From contig NMRA01000989.1 in NCBI GenBank assembly GCA_002633005.1, positions 13,315 to 77,314 on the forward strand: a stretch of DNA of 64,000 nucleotides. Direction: 5' to 3'. This DNA comes from Phoronis australis. Lineage: Eukaryota > Animalia > Phoronida. The notes beneath the pieces were generated by a model. The model ran no database searches. It was given only the letters and a program-made list of their open reading frames with translations, and was not told the DNA's origin. This document shows positions 50,794 to 64,000 of the stretch, piece by piece. Every line of letters begins with the position of its first letter. The stretch's first letter is position 1. The translations under genes were made by a program, and so were the position numbers.

Positions 50794-52545
50794 TTTATTG
50801 GTATTTGGACACACCGTAGCCTGTTCAGCTGGCCAATAAGGTCCGTATCAGGAGTTTGGGGTCTGTTCGGAGATAAATTCAAAGTACTTTCCGTGAGATA
50901 CTGACAGGAGAACCTAAATTTGTGTTGTTTAGACTTGTGATTTTTTTAGTTCTAAACACAGCCAGTGGCTCGGAGCCCAATCAGGCTCGTCGCGGCCGGC
51001 CGGATTGACTACGGTTATCCGGGCCAGTGGCTCGGGAACTGATCAGTCATCACAAACATAAACCAGCCAAAGTTCAGTGGAAACTAAACTTCCAGTCAAG
51101 AAAATACTATACTAGTGAGCCAAAGTAATGTATACATGATTATGTTGGCGAATTAGCCACGATACTGCAAATTTACTTACTCGTCGGGGGTCGCGAATTC
51201 GGGTTCTGCTTTGGCCACAGCACCGTCAGGGCAGAAGTTGAATATTGACAATCATAATTTGAATAATGTAAATGTAAATAAATATTCCCCTAACACCTGG
51301 CCGTGTAATGGAAATTGAGTTGTTTCACAACAGTTTCTGCCAGCAAACACTAAATTACCATGAGCTCACACGGCCTCAGTGTCCCGTCAATTAGTTTCAT
51401 TGCACTTCAGTAAAGTCAGTAACGCAGTGATTTATTCATTGCTGGCTTCTCAAATCATTTGCACTCATGAACACTCCAAAGGCATTACAAATTGCATCTA
51501 ATGAGACACTTTGTTTCAGTTCTACTTAAGTATTGGTTAGAATGAGAATAATTCATTTTGAAACAACGCTCTGTAGATAAACATCAACATGGCAACTCAC
51601 AATCCCGACTTAGACGAGCTAGAGCTCATCAGTCCCGACTTCGCAGGTGGATGGTTAAGTTTCACAGGCTATCAATTCGAACAGGAATACAGTGATGAAG
51701 AAATACTAAGGAGGCGCCGTGAACAAGCTCAGACAACGGAATGTATGGATAGTTATTTGCGGGTAAGCCAGTGTTCGTCAGGCACTACGTCCGCAGGCCA
51801 CAGACACGGAGATGTTTCACGGCCTCATACTTGCTATTTACTGCATACTTTTCATTCTTCACTACTACGAGCCACTTCCTAAGCATTTTGGACTCTCGAG
51901 GAAGTCAAAAAACAATATACCCGCTTTCCTCGCAGCTGCATAGTTTGAACAAGCGGGAACGATGCACCGCAACATAGCGGCTTTCACTCTGCAGATGAAC
52001 CACTGATGTCGCTAGTGTCGTTTCTCACCTTCCTCACAGGTTAACGCGACACCTCTTGGCAAGGTAAGGTCGACCGTATGCCAGGCGATGTGGATATAGA
52101 CCGATTAAGACGGCAAAAAAGACTAATTAAATCTGGTGACATTCTCCTTTAATGAACAAACCCTTCCCCTCCAAAATCAGAAAAAAGTCAACAAATACAA
52201 ACAAACTAAATGCATGGATAACAAGTGGCATTCTGATTAGTTAAAGGACAACTTACCTCCACACCTAAACACAGTCACAACTTAAGTGCAATATGGAACA
52301 ATTTTAAATTATACAGCAAATGAAAACCACAATAACATCTGCAAAATAGATATATTCACCAAATTTAAAAATGACACATGGAAGGCATGGTAGACCATTA
52401 AATCTGTTCTTAGTGACTCCGATATTAAAGCACGTTTCAAATTAATTAATCTCAAACAGGTTGCATACTCATAAACTTGACAAATGCTAATGAAATTAAC
52501 GACTTCTTCATTAACATTGGGCGAAATTGTGCTCCCCACTGCCAC
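50794..52545 (+). repeat. Near-identical tandem duplicate of 49044-50792, joined at an N
   Basis: Colinear copy with scattered SNPs and small indels; the junction is exactly the ambiguous base at 50793. Confidence 0.9.
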
Positions 52546-53600
52546 AGACTGATACATCATTCACTGAATTTTTAAGCACGCCATCGCCTATCTTCAAGTT
52601 TGTACACACAGATGAACAAAAAGTAGAGTACAATCAGACAATCAGATCTTTAAAACACAGTGCAAGCACGGGACATGACAATATATGAACAGCACCCGTT
52701 AAACTTTGTACCGATGAACTTTCACCTGCCCTCACTTTTATCAATCAATCACTTATGCAGGGCATCAACTTAAAATTGCAAAATTTATTCCAGTCTTCTA
52801 AGAAAATGATCTTGATGACTCTGTTCTATCCAGCTATTGTCCTGTATCCATGGTGACTGTTCTATCCAGCTATTGTCCTGTATCCATGGTGACTGTTCTA
52901 TCCAGCTATTGTCCTATATCCATACTACCATCCATTTCTAAATTATTTGAGAAAATTGTGCAGGAGCAATTGCATGCATTTCTAAATGAAAATAAAATTC
53001 TCTACAACCATCAATATGGTTTTCACGAATTTTTCTTCTGAGCTTGTTACTCTTGAACTTGTTGACAAAATACGTTACTTTTCTAGCCAGAGGTCAAAAT
53101 CCTTTAACAATATTTATCGACCTCTCAAAGGCATTTGACACCATTGATCACAAAATTCTGTTACAGAAATTAAAATACTATAGTATTCGCAATAATGAAA
53201 TAAAATTGTTCACAAGTTATTTATCAACTAAAATGCAATTCGTATCCATTGGCAAACAAGAATCTGCCAACTTACAGATTACTACTGGTGTTCCACAAGG
53301 TTCCATATCGGGTCTTACTTTTTCTGGTATATGTAAATGACCTTACATCTGTCCACTTCACTTGATGTGCTCATGTTTGCAGATGACACATTCCTTATCA
53401 CCCCTCTTCGCATAAACACCTCAACAGATGCATCAGCAGTTTTTATAAACAATGAATTTTCACATCTAAATGCCTGGCTGGTAGCAAACAAACTCTCACT
53501 TAAAACTCCTCAAATATTAAATACATGTTGTTTAGCTTTCCTCAGAAACATCTGAAAGAGCAACACATTCCTGGGCTGCAAATCCTGAGCCAGCCAATTA
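52149..53600 (+). mobile_element. Decayed CR1/L2-group LINE reverse transcriptase fragment
   Basis: YCPISILPSISKLFEKIV, IFIDLSKAFDTIDH, TGVPQGS, MFADDT and WLVANKLSL, with frameshifts; internal 36-bp x3 duplication at about 52815-52925. Confidence 0.9.
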
Positions 53601-53629
53601 CATCTCCAAGAAATTCGGGATTAACCACT

Positions 53630-53663
53630 GGGCAAGTACCCTAGTTGCGGATCGCTTTGGCAG
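53630..53663 (+). other. NAT10: Candidate short 5'UTR exon of NAT10
   Basis: Donor ggcag|gtacct at 53664 and acceptor tttactag| at 53752 just upstream of the ATG would give an ~89-nt intron. Confidence 0.35.
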
Positions 53664-53765
53664 GTACCTAACTCACTGAAAGGCAAACTTGGCATTGAAA
53701 GATTTAGTGGACTTAGTTATCATAAAATCAATGTTTGTTTTATATTTACTAGGTAACTGGCTACC

Positions 53766-56700
53766 ATGGTGCGAAAGAAAATTGATAACAGGATTCGTGT
53801 GCTGATCGAGAATGGTGTTGCCGAGCGGCACCGCAGTCTTTTTTTGGTTGTGGGGGACCGGGGTCGTGACCAGGTCGTCATTCTGCACCACATGCTGTCC
53901 AAGGCCGAGGTCAGGGCTCGACCCAATGTGTTGTGGTGCTATAAGAAGGAACTGGGCTTTAGCAGGTACTTTCATTAAAGTAAAACATAAGGTCAAATCT
54001 CATATGCTTTCACCCATGTGTTCTGGCTGTTCACTGCCCCCAGTTGAAGTATGGGCGTGTTCATTGATGTAGTAATTATTCACACACTTAGCACACAACT
54101 CGGTGGACTAGTGGAATTTTAATCTGTCAAATTTCTCAACAAAATTACTATTAAACATTATGATATTTCTTCAGTTGTTTCATACATTTTTTTAAAATTT
54201 GCCTTTTTTCTGTTTTTCAAAGGCTGATTGCCTTGCTGTTCTTAACATAAACTTACCCAAATGTAAGTAGTTTTGTGACATCATTAGAGTGCAAACCAAG
54301 GTAATATTTTTCTGTTGAGAAATTTGACAGAAGTGAAACTCATAGAAATTAAGCTCACAGTCTGAGTTGAGGCCATGTTCTCTGTCTGCACATTGTTGCA
54401 TCAAAAGCCCGAAGGCGTGTGGTATCCTCATTCTGATTACAGTCATAGGAAGAAGCGAATGCGTCAGTTACAAAAGAAAATCCGCAGTGGCAAGCTGGAC
54501 GTACGGGAGGATGATCCCTTTGACTTGTTCATCGCTGCGACGACTATTCGCTACTGTTACTACAACGAGACGCATAAAGTGCTGGGTAACACCTATGGCA
54601 TGTGTGTGCTGCAGGTAAAATGTTGGACTTAGCTATAGCCCGTTTCTCAAACGGTCTACTGACATTCGGCCAAAAATCTCTCTATGGATGGCTTAACCTG
54701 TTTCATGAAAACAGGCTGGGGCTGAAAATCTGTCTACAACTTGAAACATGGAGTCTGCTCTACTAGACGGATGACGAGGTTTTGAGAAATGCAAAAGACA
54801 AAAGTCAACCTTTGGCTAATCATCTATTTCTGAGTTTTGGTTAAAGACAAAAGCCAATAGTCTCTTTGAGAAACATGGCCCTTAGGTAGTTGGCTGCCAT
54901 TGGAGTTTGAGGAATCACAAATACAGTTATCTCATAAACTGGTAAAGTGAAACTGACAACATCTAACAATGTATGTTATTATCACACTTTTTGATAAAGT
55001 ATGTTGTAGCTTGTTGTCACTCTTTGTGTAGCAGTTGGGAAAGGCGATGTTTCCAAAAGCATGTGTCAATGAATATTTTTTCCAGACAGTTTGTCTCTCT
55101 ATGGGTTTGAAACATATTGGCACAAGGGTGTCGATTTCGAAAATAAAACTAACTTCGATTGATTACTTCAGGAACATTGTATCAATTAAAATGAACAATA
55201 GTTTTATGCATTAAAACTGAAAACTCAATAGTATTCGATTTTGGCAGTAAAAAACATTTATTTTTTTCTGAAAGAAGAAATGAAAAAAATCACTTGTTTT
55301 GAAGTAAACAATCAATCAGGTTCTCTTAAAAGTTACTTTCATCTCTTAATGCAGGACTTTGAAGCACTGACCCCTAACCTATTGGCTCGTACCATTGAGA
55401 CAGTTGAAGGGGGTGGTCTGGTTGTGGTGTTACTGAGAAGTGTCGACTCACTGCGACAGCTCTATACAATGACTATGGTGAGTGTTTTAGCGTTAGTACA
55501 AAGTTTTATTAATCTCTCAATTTGTTTGGCTTATCATGGATGATTTCCTATTGGTCACTACTATTTTGTATGACAAAGGTTTCTTAGCAGCGTCTTCAAA
55601 TGAAAAAAAAATTGAATTTATCTCACATTTTTTTTGTAACTGTCTATTCTTGGAGTTGAAGATTTCCACTTTTATTCTCAGCAATAGTTGCCATATATTT
55701 CCATGCAGAATTTTGGATTTTTTTGGTAAACTTGCCAATTTCTTTAAACAGGTAGTACATCTCTTTAACCGACCCTGAAGACTTGATGACTCAGAAAATT
55801 TTTTTGGAGAGCATACACCATGATGGGCACATACCGTAAAGCAATTTGAAGTGCTCCTGCAAATGTAGAAAATTAATTGTCATAAACTGTGAATAACTGA
55901 TGAAGAATGTAATTTTGGAATAGCTGTGAAAATGAACTCGGTGTTTAAATCAAAATGTCTTGTACCATATCGTAGCAAAATTTTTATTTTCGTGTTGCAC
56001 TAGTGTTGTAGTTTTTTTTTCTTCAGTTTTTGGCTGGTTAGATCACGTGTACTCTCAAACCAAAATGAGCCGAGTTGTTTGCAAGTTTTAGCTCACTTGT
56101 CTCCCGTGTGTATAGTATTCTTTTCTCACATTTCAGGATGTTCATTCTAGATTCAGGACAGAGTCTCACCAAGATGTGGTGGGCAGATTCAACGAAAGGT
56201 AATTGTCGCCTTAACTGAATAATTTTTTGCACTACTTAGAACATTGAGAAATTTAAGTTACATGTCAACCTTTGCGTGTTTGTTTTCAAAAATGCAGTAT
56301 TCACGTATTATATAAAATTTATTTTCTATTTTTCATTGCTAATACTACCCATTACATTGTTTATAATGCATTATTTATGTGGCACTTCCAAAAATGCGAA
56401 TTGTTTGGAACGAGTGTTTCTTACATGCAAGTGATGTTCCAAGTATCAGCCAGGCAAAAGTGGCCAAGACATTTATTGCTCTATGAAATTAAAATTTTAC
56501 CAAATATGGCATGTAGTGCAGTCAGTGAAGCTAAGAAATGTCATTGTAGATGCATACGTCTGCATCGTTTTATACTGTCTTGCAAAAATATTGATAGTGC
56601 CTTGAAATTCCATTAAAAAAGATGAAAGTCATATTTGGAGGGAAATGGGTTACACTTCCTGTGATTAGTTATGCATGCAATAACTTCACCCAAAGATTGA

Positions 56701-59700
56701 TGAACATTGCATCGAACGAGCTTGTTCACGTAAGTGAAAAAAATTAGTGCAACTTCTTTTTTTCTGATTTGTAAGCAGGAATGATTTTTACTTTTAGGGG
56801 CCTGTTGTCCTTTTTGTTGCACTTTTGTCACAATGCTCGTGTAAAATGAGCAATATACATGCGCCTTCTGCCACATAACAACTTTTATAAAAAACAGTTT
56901 CACGTTGTTCCTTGCTCAGATTAGAAATATTTTCTAGTCTTTAGATGAACTGATGGTTTGTTGTATTGTTGCTTCCGACCAGACTCACATAGTTTCTTGT
57001 CACAGCGGCTTAGTCGATTGCGACGGGTGTCAGTTGAATCAAAAGATAAGAACACGAGGATGATTTGGACGAGCAAACACGACTGTGAAGGGAGCCGGAT
57101 TATAGTTGCTTTAAACAAATTTTGTTACAGACAAGACCTTGTTTTACGGTAAACTACTGACATCAACCGTTTTCTGTCTCATGTCTCTGTAGGTTCATCC
57201 TTTCCCTGGCCTCGTGTCAGACGTGCATGGTCATCGATGACCAGCTCAACATTCTGCCTGTATCTTCACACACGCTCAACATCCAGCCCATTCCACCCAA
57301 GTCCTCGGTAAGTGACGCTCTTTGGTGGTTAGATTTGGAACTTGTTCCGCACCAGATTTTGGTTTAAAGTTAGATGCTCTCAAATAATAGTATGGTACAT
57401 AATTCCGTTGGCTGGAGTATTTATTTCAGTGGTGTTATGCATTTGTTTTGTCTGCGTTTTATCTGAGGAAGCAATTCCAGTACTGAACTCAGGTGAAGAG
57501 GCACCTTAAAATATGCACGACTGTATTGTGTCGGGGATGGAGTTCACTTGTAAACTCTGTAAGTTGACAATGACCATTTTTAGGGTCAGGGTGAGGGTCA
57601 GGTGTGAGGTCAAGGTGACATTTGTTTTTGTCTTGTTTTAATGTTACAAAAGAATACAGCATGTACCCATTAGGAAATGTTTGTAGCAGTGGGGTTTTAT
57701 CATTTTATCTTGCTGCTTATTCTATCTTCCTCACACAAGTCAGTTTCTTGAAGCGCTTCAATTTTATCTTAAATCACACCTTGGATATCTGTTAACGTTC
57801 TCGCACTGATAGAACGCCTTTGCATGCTTTCTTGGAAATCTGTGTTTAACGAAATGGGGACATGATTGTAAAGTTTCTGCATCTTCTGCTCAATTTCTCC
57901 GCCCCCAAAGGATGATCCACTGAGCCCCATGGAACAGGAGCTTGCTGACCTCAAAACGTCACTGCAGGACACGCAACCTGTTGGCAGTCTGGTGAATTGT
58001 TGTCGCACTTTGGACCAAGCGCGTGGCCTGCTCAAGTTCGTCGAGGCCATCTCAGAAAAAACGCTGCGCAGCACTGTCGCCATGACAGCGGCCCGTGGAC
58101 GAGGCAAGTCGGCAGCTCTGGGCCTTGCCATGGCAACTGCCGTGTCTTTTGGGTGAGTTAAGTGTTCTGTTGGACAATATTTTGTGGGGACACAGTAATG
58201 CAGTCATGGTTTTCTGTAATATCACAAATGGAAGGTTACTGTTAACTATGACGCGAATCATATGAATCAATTTTCAGGGGAAAAATTTTGCATGATTTAG
58301 TAAAGTGTTCCTTTTGGACATGACTGCATGGTAATGATTTAGTAAAGTGTTCCTATTGGACATGCCGTACATGACTGCATGGTAATTATGTCATGTCTAA
58401 TGGATGCATCGAATGATTGTTTCAGCTACTCCAACATATTTGTGACGGCACCTAGTCCTGAAAATCTGAAAACCCTGTTCGAGTTCATATTCAAAGGATT
58501 CGACGCACTTGACTATCAGGAACACTTAGACTATGAGCTTATCCAGTCGACAAATCCCGAGTTCAACAAGGCCATTGTGCGAGTCAACATCTACAAGGAG
58601 CACCGACAAACAATACAAGTGTGATTTTTTCTAATTTTGACATCTATTCTGTTTTGTGACTTCATTTTGGCTTTAGAATAATTATTGATCTGATGATTCA
58701 TTTGTACAGTAAATTTTCTATCTGCCCATTCTTCATGGCTGATCTGAGAATAACTGTCTATCTATCTGCTTAGTGAAAGAACAGAAGCTTTTACCTTAAA
58801 ATGAGGCTGTGTGTAACGTTCGAGGCACTCAACTAGAGTGACTATTACATCGGTGCGTGTCAGTTTTCTTCTACTGCGCTTTATGTGAGATTAACCTTGA
58901 AGGTTGTATTTTCGGTTAGTTAACCGTCTTGGACTTGTTTTGCCATTAGTTCGTTGTTGCATATTTTTGGGTCTGGGAAAGCTTGCACGTCCATCTCATT
59001 GAATCATTGTCTCTATTTTAGTATATCCATCCTGGCGATGCCCACAAACTGGGTCAGGCGGAACTCTTATGTATTGATGAAGCAGCGGCCATACCCCTTC
59101 CGCTGGTGAAGAATCTGCTGGGTCCGTACCTGGTCTTCATGTCTTCCACCATCAATGGGTAGGTGTCACTGGCGTGTAGGGATGGCGTCCTGCTCCTGCG
59201 CTCAGTTGAAAGCTACGGGTCTCCTCTGCCATGACCAGCTGATGTTTTGAATTCATTACCATTGTCATGTAACTAAACTTTCAATAACCTCTGACCTCTC
59301 ACTTTTATTGGTTGAATTCGGGAGATCTGAGGAAGTAAAGTGTGCTTGTGTTATTTTGGACGAAGTCACTTATTAGGTTTATACTCATATGGCTGATTTA
59401 ATTGAATCACTGTGCACTTGTAGTGCATGGTACCACTGTGTAACTGGGGTTCAAAGTCTGTCTTCACTGGCAAACAACAGAGCATTGCACTTGTGTTGTA
59501 CTCCTCTAACACAGTCTTAGTAGTGATGTGTTACCGTTAAAACCTTCCTTGAAGGCAACACATGAGAAGTTGGGTCGTATATGTTTTGGGCATCATTGAG
59601 GGCCTCAAACTCCAAATGAAATATATTATTCACATACTTTTTGACCACGTCACCGCGAAAATCCTTATATGGCGTTAAGTTCAGACCCCTATTCTATGCA

Positions 59701-62297
59701 ACTTTCAGTTTTTTGTTCCATATTCTTGGGGTGCTGCAATATGGCATGAAAAAGCTGTTTCATGTACTTTTAGGTTATTAAAACGTGTTTTCTTATATCG
59801 CCAAAAGATTGTTGGTACTATCTGGATAGTCCAGTACATCTAAGGTAGCAAAAATCTATTCAAGGAAGGCTTCAAAGTGACGTTATTGGCAGGAAAAGTG
59901 GTTTTCTGAGGTCAATCCTAATGCAAAATCGAAATCACAACCCTCAAGAGTCACAGCCTAACGCTTTGCTGGCGAAACTTAATCCCACTCATTAAATAGC
60001 AGTCTGAGGGTATTTTAAGTGTATTTTAAGTGTATTTTAAGTGTATTTTAATATTGTATTAAGTGGTCACCAGCCTTGGTTTCAGCAATTGGCTGCCACA
60101 CACCAAGAATTCTATCTCATCCAATTTTTCCAAAATGTGTTTTGGGGATAAAACTGAATGTTGCTTTAAAGGTTTTGTTAATGTTTACTTGGATATATTG
60201 TGAAAGTGATTAGTGGGTGGTGATAACATTTTAATGTATTTTATTGGCCTTCATTAAATAACTGATGTGCTCCACCAATGTTTTAAAAATGGACTCAGAG
60301 CCATCTTTAAATAATTTATTTACAATTTACTCATATTTCAGCCATTATATTCGGTTGTTCTATAAGTAACATCTGTCTTGTTTCTGCAGGTATGAAGGCA
60401 CCGGTCGCTCTCTCAGCCTGAAACTCATTCAACAGTTGCGACAACAGAGCTCCACATTTGGAGGTGGTCCTGCTGCGGTTCAGAGTAAGACTGACGCTGC
60501 ACAGGTGAAACAAGATGGGTCTGTATCTGCTTCAGGTAACAAGGACAAACAGAATTGATTTTAATACTCACTTAGCATTAGTTTGTTCAGCTATGATGTG
60601 TTTTATGGTTGCTGTTTTTTGACATAGATTACTTGTCATATAAGATTTGGTGCATGTTTGACTCAGTCTTAGCTTAAGACATAAACGTAGGGCAATTTTC
60701 ATAAGCAAAATCTGTTCATAGTAACGCCTTTCATTGCCTTTTCTACCTTGTTCCTCGGGAGTTGTGAAATAACGACAGACAGTTTTATCAAACCTTGTCT
60801 TCTATGTTTTCTATGTTTTAATTATTTATTTCAACAAAATAAAGAAATAAACGAAACAAGTGAGAGAGAAAGACGTCACTTTCACATGAACACTTCACTC
60901 TCATGTTAACACTTCCCAACTCTTGACATAACTGTGAATGTATAAGAGTCACAAAGAAAGCTATGTCCGGCTGATTCTCTTATTTCAAATTTTTCCATAT
61001 CTTTACCACATCAATTACCGTGTCATCTTGAAATACTCGTGAATTCCCCAAAAACAGTGACGATAGTTTTAGGATTTTCACTCAGTGTCTCACTTTAGTA
61101 TATCAATGACATTTCAGGGCGTATTCTCCATGAGGTGGCGCTGAATGAATCCATCCGATACGCTACCGGGGATCATGTGGAGAAGTGGCTGAACAATCTG
61201 CTGTGTTTGGACTCTGCTAACACTCCGCGGATATCATCGGGATGCCCCCCGCCTGAGAAGTGTGACCTATACTACGTTAACAGGGACACACTGTTCTCCT
61301 ATCATAAGGCCTCCGAGGCTTTCCTGCAGAGAATTGTGGGACTTTACGTTGCCTCACACTATAAGGTATAGATTGCGAGGCTGTTTCTACTTTAATGTCC
61401 AAATCTTGATGTATCATTGAACGCCAGTTGATCAAGTCGTTTCGTGCTTCGTCATGTTAGTGGAAATTATTTGTGACCTTCACTTGGCATTGTACAACAT
61501 TGTATGGTAAAATGTGCTTTGAAGCGTGTACACTTTAGAAACTCTGTTTTTATGTGCCCACATATTTATCTCCCAAGCCCCTCGCCGGATCATGATAAGA
61601 TTTGGTAGATGTATTCTTATGCTGCTGAAAATAAGTTTCGGACCTATTCAACTACTTCTTTGTCCTCTAGTGGCAATTTTAGTTTTTGTGTTTGCCTCTG
61701 TATCTTGAGTTCGTTGGTGGATTTTCGTGAAATTTTTGCAAATAGGTTTCTATTAATGAAACAGGGACACCTTCCCGTTTTCAAACAAATTTGACGTATT
61801 CTGCACTGCCTGATGGCATCTTTTGTTTTGCAGTTATGGCCGCATTTCAATGCACTGCGTTGCTCTTGTTATATACTTCAAATTTGTGTTCAACTAAATT
61901 TCTCATTGTTTTGTCTGTGTATGTCGGCTCTACAACATTGGTAAGTGCATAAGGTGTACTTTTGTCCCAGTTCTGCTGTCAACATGACGCTAACCTGTTA
62001 CTGCACAGTGAGACATGTATGGTGCTATAGTCTTCATGGGAGATTACGCAATGTGACCAAGGTTCGTCACAGTTACTACCCTTTGCTCCGTTGGTAAACT
62101 TACAAGTAAGCTATAACTGATTTGTAGAGATCTCCATTGCTGTTTCATGTTATCTTTTGAACTACCTTTTTTGCTTATAGAACTCGCCAAATGACTTACA
62201 AATGTTGTCCGATGCCCCCGCCCACCACATCTTTTGCTTGCTGGGCCCTGTCGACCCGACACAGAACTCATTGCCAGAGGTGCTTTGTGTGCTACAG
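53766..62297 (+). CDS. NAT10: RNA cytidine acetyltransferase NAT10 (Kre33), 5' partial; continues beyond the window
   Basis: join(53766..53965,54443..54614,55355..55477,56137..56198,57193..57307,57911..58152,58426..58618,59022..59158,60390..60535,61118..61365,62181..>62297), GT-AG, phases consistent. Motifs: MVRKKIDNRIRVLIENGV, LWCYKKELGFSS, QDFEALTPNLLARTIETVEGGG, Walker A ARGRGKS, IDEAAAIP, STINGYEGTGRSL, ASHYKNSPNDLQ. Confidence 0.97.
54638..54881. mobile_element. Small MITE in a NAT10 intron
   Basis: Imperfect TIR gcccgtttctcaaa / tttgagaaacatggccc. Confidence 0.5.
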
Positions 62298-64000
62298 GTG
62301 AGACCCACCCAACGATGTACGCATGACACTTAACAGGTTGATTGCCAGATATCATCTTAAGTACTAGTCCACGAGAGCACCAGCCATCCAGCGGCAAGGT
62401 GGGGGTCTGCCGATTTTCACCAAATTTGGCACATAGGTAGTCCTATGGGATCTATAAACAGTGGTAAAATATTTCCTCAAAATATTGCGTTTTTCCAAAG
62501 TTATAGGCTCAAACACAATTTACGGCTTCGCAGCCATGTTTTCACGGTAAAAAAACTGTCCAGTTTTAACTGTTTATATTTTCCCTTGAATGAAAGCTAT
62601 TGATTTATTATTAACTTGGCATTGTTTAGTGGTGCCTATAGATTGTTACACAGATGTCTTGAAACACGATTCTGATTTACCACCCTCATTTAGTAGTTTT
62701 ACTACACTGCCCCCCGTTATGCTATTTTGAGGTTGTGTTCAATACACTGCTGTACCAAATCTGTCCCCACTGCTATGAGAATGAAACTTAGCCAAAATGT
62801 TGACAAAACATGTTACTTTCATTGCATAAAATAAAAACTTTATCAGCCAGTTTATTAGTTATACATTTTGGCACCTTAAATGTACTAAAATGAGAATTTT
62901 TCATATATCTGAGATCGATGCGTGAGCACCGTAAAATCCGATTGTCCTTCATGTTTTTCGATATTTTGCAACAAGTTAGTTCCTCCTGAACGTTTTGAAC
63001 ATTTTACTACTTACCACTTAGGGCTATAGTACCCCTAAGTACCATACATGGCTCCATTTTGTAAAAAGGCCGATTATTTCCTCCACAGTGAACAGGGTTA
63101 GACATGAACTCGACAAATGCAGGTTATTTTGATTTACAGTTGTTATACCTTGCAATTTCCTCATGGGTATTTCTTCACACATATTCAAGTCAGATTTTCT
63201 GTTGATCAAATGTTCATGCAATGCATTTTAATATCAAATTAATGATAAGTTTGGTGGCATGACCGCAATTTTTCCCACGACTTAAAATAAAAGACCGCAG
63301 AAATTTTGCTGACGAAATACCGGATTTGCAGTTCTCTAAAAACATTCGAATGACAAGACAAACTCCACCACTGTCAGTGGCAACTTGTCGCATGTTTTTC
63401 GCCCATCAGTCCTATCATTGTTTTCCTTTGTTGTGTCATTGTTAGATATAACAACACAGGTCGCATGGATATAGAACCTTGCGTACATCAGACCGTTGCC
63501 GATAAGTGCTTGTCATTATATCTTTATTATAACAACTGGAACAATGAAGATGCTAATCTATTGTTCTCTACAGGCCTTCATGCAGCGTACGTCCTGGGCG
63601 TCTATTTGGACGCCCTAGCACTAATGTGGACACTCTGGCAAGGACGCCCAATGTATCATTTGGACGCCCTGTCAATCAGAATTTCTCCAATTTGGGCACC
63701 CACATTGTATGATTACTAAGACTCCCAGTTAATCGAAGAGAGAAGTTGGCCCTTTCAACTCAGAAAGAAATATACAATGTATTTCAAATGTTGCAATGTT
63801 CAAACTATTTTCAAAGTATTTGGTAGACCTGTCAATCATTAGCACGTGTTTGGTTGCCAGAGTGTCTGCTTTCAGTAGACTCATGTTCCACCGCAATTCT
63901 GTACTTTATATAGGGACACGGACTTTGCTCAACTCCAAACTGGTGTTTCAGAGCTGTAGTTTCATCTACTTCATCTTTTTTTGAAAACACCAAAAGCGAA

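Noticed and set aside
57055-57165. Possible SNORD13/U13-like guide in a NAT10 intron (GGATGA ... accttgttttacg ... CTGA)
   Set aside because: The 18S antisense match (accttgttacgac) is broken, box C is non-canonical, and the CTGAC sits where the branch point is expected, ~35 nt before the acceptor.

Overview
AT-rich, intron-rich eukaryotic genomic DNA. The gene structure and repeat content suggest an animal, probably a marine invertebrate, but that is an inference. Three spliced protein-coding genes can be rebuilt from GT-AG sites with consistent exon phases. (1) Coatomer delta (ARCN1), + strand, 11 coding exons, about 520 aa. (2) A highly divergent annexin-like gene on the - strand, 6 coding exons, 293 aa, mostly missed by the ORF track. 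It has an MGCxxS dual-acylation N-terminus, no canonical Ca2+-binding loops and a truncated repeat 1. (3) The 5' part of RNA cytidine acetyltransferase NAT10, + strand, running off the window. Intergenic and intronic DNA is packed with non-autonomous DNA transposons (Kolobok-like with TTAA TSDs, hAT-like with 5/6-bp TSDs, Harbinger-like), two decayed LINEs, tRNA-derived heads and many minisatellites. The most notable observations are the acylated annexin, two minimal hammerhead ribozyme motifs (one directly downstream of a tRNA-type Pol III promoter and upstream of a T5 terminator), and a 3.4-kb segment bounded by long inverted repeats that encloses a candidate promoter/first exon between the divergent annexin-like and NAT10 genes. 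All alignments and identities were judged by eye.
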